From Octopus sinensis (Eukaryota): a DNA stretch of 64,000 nucleotides. The first letter of the stretch is position 1; every line of letters begins with the position of its first letter. A program made the position numbers and the translations under genes. The notes beneath the pieces are model-generated. The model saw only the letters and a list, made by a program, of their open reading frames with translations, was not told the DNA's origin and made no database searches. This document shows, piece by piece, positions 54,112 through 64,000 of this stretch. The stretch is from assembly GCF_006345805.1 (NCBI RefSeq), contig NC_043009.1:28272001-28336000 (forward strand), written 5' to 3'.

Positions 54112-54542
54112 TCTGTTAGGAGGCACAAGCACTTATACAGATGGTGGTAGCTTCCACCTGCCAAATTCAAGTACAAAGCTTTGATTGGCCTGAGGCTACA
54201 GTAGAAGACACAGTGGGAGTGAACCTGAAACCTTATAGCTGGGAAGCAAGCTTCCTAACCACACTGCCATGCCCATCTGACTTGTCCTCAGTGAACACAA
54301 CTGAAACAGTATTAAATTAAAATAGTCAACCCATCCATAGAAAGCGGACGTTAAACAATGATGATGATGATGATTGATGATGATGATATATATATAATAT
54401 ATATATATATATATACCATATATACCTATCTATATATCTATCTATCTATTATCTATTTATTATCTATTATCTATCTATCTATACATATATATATATATAT
54501 ATTATATATATATATATATATGTATGTATATATATATTCATC

Positions 54543-55860
54543 ATAGTTTAATGTCCATTTTCCATGCTAGCATAGGTTGGACGGTTTGACTAGGGTCCAG
54601 TCTGATCTGGTAGTGTTTCTACAGCTGGATGCCCTTCCTAACACCAACCACTCTGTGAGTGTAGTAGGTGCTTTTTACGTACCACTGGCACAGGTGCCAG
54701 GGAACGCTGGCAGCAGCCATGATTGGCTGGAGCTTTTTACGTGCCACCGGCACGGAAGCCAGTCAAGGCAACGCTGGCATCAGCCATGTTCGGATGGTGC
54801 TTTTTACGTGCCACTAGCACAGGTATCACAGTTACAATTTCCATTTGATTTTTATTTATGTTGATGTACTTGACTCAATAGGTTTCCTCAAGCACAGCGG
54901 GTCGCCCTACAATCCGAGGTAAGCACAGGGCGACCTGCTGTGCTTGAGGAGACCTAATGGAAATCGATCAATGGAAATTGCAGATGTGTTACCAGTGCTG
55001 GTGGCATGTCGAAACTCTACTTGTGAAGACCCGTTGAGGCAAGTGAGGATCAGAATGGAAATCGATCAATGGAAATTGCAGATGTGTTACCAGTGCCGGT
55101 GGCATGTAAGAGAACCTTCCGTTTCGCGACCGTTGCCAGCACCGCCCCGTTTCGTGTCCGTTGCCAGCCTTGCCTGGCCCTTGTGCCGGTGGCACATAAA
55201 AAGCACCATCCGTTCATGGCCGTTTGCCAGCTCTGTCTGGCACCTGTGCGGGTGGCACGTAAAAAGCACCCACTACACTCACGGAGTGGTTGGCGTTAGG
55301 AAGGGCATCGAGCCGTAGAAACACTGCCAGATTTGACTGGGCCTGATGAAGCCTTGGCTTCACAGACCCCAGTAGAACCGTCCAACCCATGCTAGCATGG
55401 AAAACGGACGCTAAACGACGATGATGATGATGATGATGATATATATATATATATATATAAGGTACCAGTTACCAGTGCCGGTGGCATGTAAGAGAACCAT
55501 CCATTCGTGACTGTTGCCAGCGCCGCCCCGACTGGCCTCGTGGCAGTGGCACGTAAAAAGCATCATCCGTTTGTGTCCGTTGCCAGCCTCGCCTGGCCCC
55601 CGTGCCGGTGGCACATAAAAAGCACCATCCGTTCGTGGCTGTTTGCCAGCTCTGTCTGGCACCTGTGCAGGTGGCATGTAAAAAAGCACCCACTACACTC
55701 ACGGAGTGGTTGGCGTAGGAAGGCATCCAGCCGTAGAAACACTGCCAGATCTGACTAGGCCTGATGAAGCCTTCCGGCTTCACAGACCCCAGTTGAACCG
55801 TCCAACCCATGCCAGCATGGAAAACGGACGCTAAACGACGATGATGATGATGATGATGAT
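54543..55860. mobile_element. Cluster of three family D copies: minus 54543-54908, plus 54927-55440, plus 55461-55860
   Basis: The first two are head-to-head around a hairpin; the last two are tandem. They contain internal ~45-bp subrepeats and (GAT)n tails. Confidence 0.85.
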
Positions 55861-56694
55861 ATATATATATATATATATTTGTAGGCGTTGATGGGTTTGA
55901 CTACTCACAGTTTAGCTCTTTGTGACTGTGAACAACAACTGTCCCAGTTCAATTCTGGCATGTAGCTAATTAACATATGGTATCCTGTATCGGACAGCTG
56001 AAATGCTTATGTGGTATACTTGCATCAATTATGTGTGTGTGTGTGTGTATGTGTGTCTGTGTATACACACACATATGCATGTTTGTATGTTTATAGACAC
56101 TTGTGACTATAAATGAAAGAAAAATGACTCAATACTCCATCGCTTGCTGACCCACTTGTCTCTTCATCCCTACTCGGCCATTGCTGTGCCCAACCACTAA
56201 TCATTCCTCTGCAAAAAATCCTTCCTTTGGATTCTTCCTGTTGCTCATGTCTGCAACAGTTGATTTGGAACATTGACATCAATATTACCATTCTTGGATG
56301 GCCTGGAAAGGTGATGGGCTCTGCCCCTACCACCAGATTCATCATCCCCATCATTTAATGTTCATTTTCTATGCTGAAATGGGTTGGACAGTTTAGCTGG
56401 AGCTGGTGAGACAAAGTACTGAGCTAAGACTATAGTATCTGCTTTGGCATGGTTTCTACAGTTTGATGTCCTTCCTAACACCAACCACTTCATAGAATGA
56501 ACCAGGAACTTTTATGTGATGCCAACACTAGTGAGGTCGCTTGGTAACTTGCAAAAGAAGATGCCATACCTAAGGAAGGTGGTTTTGTGCCAGGTGATGA
56601 GGTGCTAAAGTACGACAGGGACAAGATCAGGTGTCTTGCTGTAAAAGTAGATACACAGCTCCCCCTCCCCACCGAGACACTGTGAATAATCCTT

Positions 56695-56905
56695 TCTACT
56701 GAAAGTACAAGGTCCGAAATGTGGGGAGAGGGACCTTGTCTATTACATCGACCCCAGTACGCAACTGGTACTTAATTTATTGACCCCGAAGGGTTGAAAC
56801 ATAAAGTTGACCTCGACGGAATTTGAACTCAGAATGTAGCGGTGGACAAAATACTGCTAAGCATTTCGTCCAGTGTGCTAACAATTCTGCCATCTCACTG
56901 CCTTA
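56695..56905 (-). mobile_element. SINE family B copy
   Basis: Reverse complement of the family B head and body. Confidence 0.85.
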
Positions 56906-58038
56906 GATGCAGTAAATAATAAAAAGGAAAAAAAAAGGAAATAGATATAACAGAGAGTAACACTTCCATGTAATTGCCATTGTGCTGTTGTAACTAACTT
57001 TCTTTTGATATAATTTTGGAAACTTTTCTTTAAATGTTTAAGCTAACAACTGCAGTAATCAATTATATTATATTATTCAATGGTACATATTAATACCAGG
57101 AACTGTAGAAGAACTGAATTTTTGTGACAAGGGATTCATTATTTCAAATATATTTTTAAAAATCCTGCTGTGAATGTAGCTTAAAGAGTTTAGCATACTG
57201 ACATCAGAAGGGTTAATAATCTTGTTGAATTTTGAAAAAAGTCTTACAAAATAAAATCCAAGCGATAATTTTTTAAACATGCTTATGACGAACAAATATT
57301 TGCTGATTGATTGATGTGAAAATATCAAAGTATTAAAAAGAGAAAAAAATATGATATTTATAATCCAGAATGAAAAACAACCATTTAATCATAGAGGTAT
57401 GATACTAAACTGTGTTGATGAGCAGGATTATTCACACTTCTCTCAGAAGATATACAAAGCTTAACTGAAATCTCTCTCCTCATTTGCTGTATGTATTAGT
57501 TACTTATAACCTTTTGGGAGCTTCCCGTCTTCCATTTAAATTAAACAAAATCATGTCGTCAAACCACAAATCTATTTTTCAAATGGAAATAAAGGAATAT
57601 AAAATAGTAACAGAATTCCATACATGGTGCAGGAAAGAATATAAATTTTAAAGAAAATGCGAAATTATATAAAATCACAAATATTTAAACAATAGATTTT
57701 GAAAATGTTCACTCATACATCAACTGTGAAAGACATTTGTCTGTCAAGACAGCTTAACTTTTTGGAGAAAGAAATATTCTTGCTATCCTGATTTTTTATT
57801 ATGTTTTTTTATATTTCCCTATATAAAATAGAATATTTATAGCATTTTTGATATTTCTCTCTCAAAATATTATTTCTTTTCAACAAAAAAATTTAATATC
57901 TTTATACATATATAATTGCCTGTGCACATACATACATAATCACGCACACATGCATGCATATAAGTATTTATAAATATATTATATATGCCTATATATATAT
58001 ATATATATATATATATTATGTATATTGTATATATATAT

Positions 58039-58075
<37 letters not shown>

Positions 58076-58287
58076 GTATTATATATATTATATATATATA
58101 CATATATATGTATGTATTCTATATACATACATGCATGCACACACATACAACCATCTGCAAGTGGGTGTATAAGTATAGATAAGCATGCATTTGTATCTAT
58201 ATAGACACATACATGCTACATGTTTACATATGCACATGCACATGCATATGCATATATTCATATATATCCATATATACATGTTTAAGC

Positions 58288-58333
<46 letters not shown>

Positions 58334-58437
58334 TATATATATACACAGTCATGCACATACATTACATGCATATATCTCTTTGTACATACTTAAATATAAA
58401 TACACCCACTCACTTCTCATTCACATCTGTATGAGAA

Positions 58438-58479
<42 letters not shown>

Positions 58480-59418
58480 CAGTAGCAGCAGTGTATTTGA
58501 TTGATTGCACCATTGCAAGTGTTGTCATGATGTTCATATTTGTTAATTTATCACTTGTCAAAAATTAATCTGCAGTCAATATTTGTATATATTAGTTATA
58601 TTTCTTGAAGCTCTCCAAAATACATAATAGGATATAAAGCACAATGGAGGTTACAAAATAGGCAAATCAGTACATTTTTTCCTCTCCCCCGCCCCTTTTT
58701 CGTTCTCTCCTTTGCTCCTTTACATAACGATTCTCCCCTTATATGGGGTTTGCTTAACATATTAGTTTGTGTGATTTGACGGCTGTATTTTAGTGGAGTG
58801 AAGAGGTCGTTGCACCTAAGAGACAGTGGGGTTGCTAGTGATGGTTGTGGTGGTAGTGGTGGTGGTACTGTTGCTGGTGCTGGTTATATATTTTTAATGA
58901 TGAGGAACAGGAATATAAAAGGTGGGTTCAGTACTTCACCACTACCACCATCACCACCACCACACCACCACCACCACCACCATCACCACCACCACTGCCA
59001 TCCTCCTCCTCCTCCTCATCATCATGATCAATCTGATTACTACTTCTCATTATTTTCATTTTATCATCATCATCATCATCCTGATTACCATCGTTATCGT
59101 CATCATTATCATTATGATCACCACTTCTCATTGTCATTTTACCATCATCATCATCATCATCATGAGCCACAACAACAACAGCAACAGCAGATGCATTAGT
59201 GGCGTTCTCTTCATATACACTTCTGATATTGGTAAAGTGAAATTGCATGGCCCAGTGGTTAGGTTATTTGGACTCACAACCGTCAGGATGTGGTTTCAAT
59301 ACCCAGATTGTGTAATATGCTGTGCCCTTCAGCAAGACCCTTCATTTCACATTTCTTCAGTCCAGTCAACTGAACATCAGTACTAAAACGAGCTAGAGGT
59401 GGATGATTTATTCTGTAT

Positions 59419-59470
<52 letters not shown>

Positions 59471-59474
59471 ATAC

Positions 59475-59685
59475 ATACCGGCCTCCCCTCTCCATGTCAG
59501 TGTTATCCAAAGGAACGGCAAAGGGGCCAATACAGCTTGGCACCAGTGACGTTGCAACTCATTTCTACAGCTGAGTGAACTGGAGCAACATGAAATAAAG
59601 TGTCTTGCTCAAGAACACAACATGCAGCCCAGTCCAGGATTTGAACTCTCAACCTCTCAGTCATAATTTCGACGCTCTAACCACT
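59475..59685 (-). mobile_element. SINE family C copy (5' part)
   Basis: Reverse complement of 36150-36370. Confidence 0.8.
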
Positions 59686-59889
59686 ATTTCTTTGCAATTT
59701 GTTTCTTGCAAATGAGTTTCAAGTGAACACATAAAAACTCCTATGCTACTTGTTGATTATCACTTATTAATCCCATCTTCCTGAATAATTGTATGGGTTG
59801 TTATTTATACTGCATTCCATATACCATAGGATAAGTATATTAATAGCAAGAAATTTTTCAGATGGAAATATTTATATATACTATAAAGG

Positions 59890-60208
59890 CATTGCTCGTG
59901 CTGGTGGCACATAAAAGACACCATTCAAGTGTGATTGTTACCAGCATCACCTTACTGGCACCTGTGTCAGTGGCATGTGTAAAAGATTCGAGTGAGATCG
60001 TTGCCTGTACTGCCTGACTGGCCCCATGCCGCTGGCATGTAAAATAACCCACTACACTCTCGGAGTGGTTGGCGTTAGGAAGGGCATCCAGTTGTAGAAA
60101 CTCTGCCAGATTAAGATTGAAGCCTGGTGCAGCCATCTGGTTCGCCAGCCCTCAGTCATTTGTCCAACCCATGCTAGCATGGAAAGCGGCCATTAAATGA
60201 TGATGATG
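59890..60208 (+). mobile_element. Repeat family D copy
   Basis: gtggcacataaaa...gagtggttggcgttaggaagggcatcc...ccatgctagcatggaaagcgg. Confidence 0.85.
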
Positions 60209-60420
60209 TGTATGTGTGTGACTACACTCTCATTTACAAAGGAATATTCTTATTAATGTATATATATATATATATATATATAAACATAAACATACATTTA
60301 TATATTCAGAATCTTAGGGCATGACATTCAACCAGCATCAAATTAGCCATTTATGAAACCTATGTAGTAAATATATAAACAGGGTAAATTTAATCATTTC
60401 TTTGTAGACTGGAATAATGA

Positions 60421-60468
60421 ACTGCCTTAATCGATTTCGACCCTTATTGTATTCTCATCAGCGGTGTC
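60421..60468 (-). ncRNA. Degenerate hammerhead-like core
   Basis: Minus strand CTGATGAG(60461-60454)...GTC-GAAA-TCGAT-T with the perfect palindrome AATCGATT. Stem I is not evident. Confidence 0.35.
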
Positions 60469-60707
60469 CACATCAGCTTAACCAGTTCCAGAGAAATAAG
60501 CAAATGGTTTGTTAATATGCTTACATCATCATTTAATGTCTGCTTTCCTTCCATACTTAATGTATGTACAACATTGGCAGGTAAGATGCTTTGGTTTCTG
60601 CCAGAGGAAAAAATCTTTTCAAAGGGGTAGCTAGTTAGATTTAATGATGTATCAATTCTCTACATTAAGTTTATATATGTGTGTGTCTGCTCACGTGAGT
60701 GTGTGCA

Positions 60708-60742
<35 letters not shown>

Positions 60743-60962
60743 ATAGATACATACATATACATATATGTATATATTCATGTGTGTGTGTGTGTGTCTGTGT
60801 GTCTATGTAAGTACTTATATATGTATGTTCATGTGTGTATATACATATAAATATAAACATATGCATGTATATATATCTGTGCATACATATCTACATGTAT
60901 GTGTATGTGTGTGTGTATGCATACAAAGCACATAGTCATATATGCATTTGTTTCTGCACATG

Positions 60963-61011
<49 letters not shown>

Positions 61012-61533
61012 TTTTTCCCCTCGTGTCTATGCATATGTATGCACATATATGTCTAAACATGTCTATGCAAGTGAGCATGCGTGTACACATCTGTATGTGG
61101 GTTCTATGCAAAAATTTATGATTTTACCGAACCGGTTGGACAATTTCATAATACGACTATGTTGTTTAGTGCACTTAAATCGACTAGTAATTAACCTTAC
61201 CAGAACATTATCTCACTCTAACCATCACTGATTCAAACCATTCCACCAGTGCAATATCTTGCTGTACGAGCAATAAAATAAGTTCAAATGATTTAACCTT
61301 GCTTAATATCAAATGGTTAGGTCTTTTGAATGTTTTTTTTTATCTTTTGTCTTAGTTTCTTTAAAGATTTTAGTAAACTTTTATTTTGGAAAATGGTGTT
61401 TGTCATAGTTTTAAAGAAATAGAATCATTTTCTTTAAAGTAGATTGTCATAGGAAACACAAATAGAACAGACTTAAACCTCACTGGTCTTGATATATTCA
61501 CATGCACATACATACATGTATATATATATGTAT

Positions 61534-61567
<34 letters not shown>

Positions 61568-61920
61568 GCATATATATATGCATATATATAAATACATATA
61601 TTATATATACATATACATATATATTTATATACATACACACCATACAATATATATGTATATATATATATATATATTCTTTTATTCTTTTCTTTTACTTGCT
61701 TCAGTCATTTGAGTGCAGCCAATGTGGAGCACTGCCTCTAGTTGAACAAATCAACCCCAGGACATATTTTTTGTAAGCCTAGTACTAATTCTATCAGTCT
61801 CTTTTGCTGAACTACTAAGATATGGGGACATAAACACACTAACATTGGTTGTTAAGTGATGGTGGGGAACAAACACAGACACACAAATACATTCACACAC
61901 ATACACCACACACAAAAATT

Positions 61921-61990
<70 letters not shown>

Positions 61991-61991
61991 T

Positions 61992-62380
61992 CTTGAGGAG
62001 ACCTATTGAGTCAAGTACCGTCAACACCAACATCAAAATAAAAATCAAATGGAAATTGTAGTTAAGATACCCGTGCCGGTGACACGTAAAAAGCACCGTT
62101 AAACGTGGGAGATGCCAGCACCACCTGACTGGCATCCGTGTCGGTGACACATAAAAGCACCAACCGATCATGGCCATTTGCCAGCCTCCTCTGGCCCCTG
62201 TGCTGGTGACACGTAAAAAGCACCTACTACACTCACGGAGCGGTTGGCATTAGGAAGGGCATCCAGCTGTAGAAACACTGCCAGATCAGGCTGGAGCCTG
62301 GTGCAGCCTCCTGACTTCCTAGACCATCCAACCCATACTAGCATGGAAAACAGACGTTAAACGATGATGATGATGATGAT
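61992..62380 (+). mobile_element. Family D copy inserted in the internal microsatellite of a family A SINE (halves 61680-61890 and 62390-62556, minus)
   Basis: The two SINE A halves are collinear on either side. Confidence 0.8.
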
Positions 62381-62658
62381 GGTATATATATACAATGAGC
62401 TTCTTTCAGTTTCCATCTACCTAAATGCACTCACACGACTTTGATCACCCCAAGGCTATATAGTAAAAGACACATGCCCAAGGTGCCACACAGTGGGATT
62501 GAATCTGGAACCATGTAGTTGAGAAGCAAGTTTCTTACCACACAGCCAATCTTGCACTTATATATATATATGCACACACATGCATGTATATATCAATATA
62601 TATTTGTGTAAATATATATGTATCTATTTCACTATTTATCTATCTATCTATTATATTA

Positions 62659-63100
62659 TACTCTTACTCTTTACTCTTTTACTTGTTTCAGTCATTTGAC
62701 TGCAGCCATGCTGGAGCACCGCCTTTAGTCGAGCAAATCGACCCCGGGACTTATTCTTTGTAAGCCCAGTACTTATTCTATCGGTCTCTTTTGCCGAACC
62801 ACTAAGTGACGGGGATGTAAACACACCAGCATCGGTTGTCAAGCAATGCTAGGGGGACAAACACAGACACACAAACACACACACACGCATATATATATAT
62901 ATATATATACATATATACGACGGGCTTCTTTCAGTTTCCGTCTACCAAATCCACTCACAAGGCTTTGGTCGGCCCGGGGCTATAGCAGAAGACACTTGCC
63001 CAAGATGCCACGCAGTGGGACTGAACCCGGAACCATGTGGTCGGTTAGCAAGCTACTTACTACACAGTCACTCCTGCGCCTATGCCACTCCTGCGCCTAT
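62659..63100 (-). mobile_element. SINE family A, best-preserved full-length copy
   Basis: Head ggcgcaggagtg...gggttcagtccc; many CpGs retained; tail (AAGAGTA)n. Confidence 0.92.
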
Positions 63101-63413
63101 ATATATATATATTATATATATTATATATATATATGATATTGTTATTCTTTTTTTACATAATATATAGAACTGTTGAAGAAGTGCTTAGGTTGAAGCCAAG
63201 ACAAACATTTTATAGAATATAAATTTTTAACACTTCTCTTCCCCATACTCATTTCCATATATATATATATATCTCACTTAAATGTTTTTTTTATGTATAT
63301 CATCATCATTGTTTAACGTCCATTTTCTGTGCTAGCACGATTTGGATATATATATATGTGGTTTTTTTTTACTTTTAGAAATATTCATATATGTCAATAT
63401 GTATTTATATATA

Positions 63414-63773
63414 CACTACCGTCAGAAATTAATTAGCACCCTTGATTTGCTCTTCACTCAAGGTATGTGCTGTCACCTAGTGGCCATATCTCGAACTATT
63501 GCTTTGTTGCGAGTTCACTGTTGCGCAGAACGATGACGTAACTTTGTTTGCAGAGCAGTTTGAGAGTCTACAGCCTTATGATGTTGACATAGCAGTGCAA
63601 CAAATTGGAGTGGAGTGCGGATGCAGATAAATCTTCCTTTGTTTAATAGATATAGGTAGCGCCTCGCAAGGACCGAAATCACACCATACTAAGTTTTCTC
63701 ATCGCGTAAGTTAATTGATTTAACCTATTTAATGTAGAAATTTGAGAAGTGCTAATTAATTTCTGACGCAAGG
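63414..63773. mobile_element. Tc1/mariner-type MITE
   Basis: Perfect 20-bp inverted core cgtcagaaattaattagcac (63420-63439 / 63749-63768); TA on both sides. Confidence 0.85.
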
Positions 63774-63962
63774 TAATATATATGCATTTTAAGTCGAATT
63801 TATAAACTGTGTATGAATACGTGAAAAAGAGTTGATTGCCTAATTTGAGTTTTTTTAAATTCTAATTCTTATATTTATATATATACATACATGTATGTAT
63901 ATATATATAATATATATATATAATGCATATGTATATATATATATCTATAATATATATATACA

Positions 63963-64000
<38 letters not shown>

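Noticed and set aside
55343-55365. cctgatgaagcc as a hammerhead core (also near 55760)
   Set aside because: It is a variant of the family D cctggtgcagcc segment, with no GAAA or stem III in position.
55086-55720. ~45-bp recurring units as a CRISPR-like array
   Set aside because: They are internal subrepeats of a dispersed eukaryotic element, have no unique spacers and have no cas genes nearby.

Overview
Eukaryotic, AT-rich, repeat-dominated DNA. By eye, a third or more is (AT)n, (AC)n, (GAT)n, (TAA)n, (ATAC)n or (TCTA)n microsatellite. The SINE repertoire resembles octopod cephalopods such as Octopus (inference from pattern recognition, not a database hit). Almost every ORF in the supplied track is a microsatellite artefact. 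The only clear protein-coding sequences are two 5'-truncated non-LTR retrotransposons with restriction-like endonucleases (R4/Dong-type). One has an uninterrupted RT-CCHC-RLE frame (1152-2909, minus) and sits in a (TAA)n tract. The other is an RLE-only fragment of a different family in a (CATA)n tract. The rest is three tRNA-headed SINE families, an RTE-like tail repeat, DNA-transposon MITEs (hAT with a perfect 8-bp TSD, mariner/Tc1, piggyBac-like) and several long fold-back palindromes. The most interesting signal is a set of hammerhead-ribozyme-like motifs (CTGATGA...GAAA with short palindromic stem III, the minimal type known from Penelope-like elements), some in fold-back arrangements. One forms the tail of a tRNA-headed SINE with an inverted tail copy at its 5' end, and that SINE was itself hit by the Dong-like element. 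Candidate spliced exon chains exist on both strands. The plus-strand chain gives an actin-family-like C-terminal motif, but none can be confirmed from sequence alone. No rRNA, bona fide tRNA gene or CRISPR array is supported.
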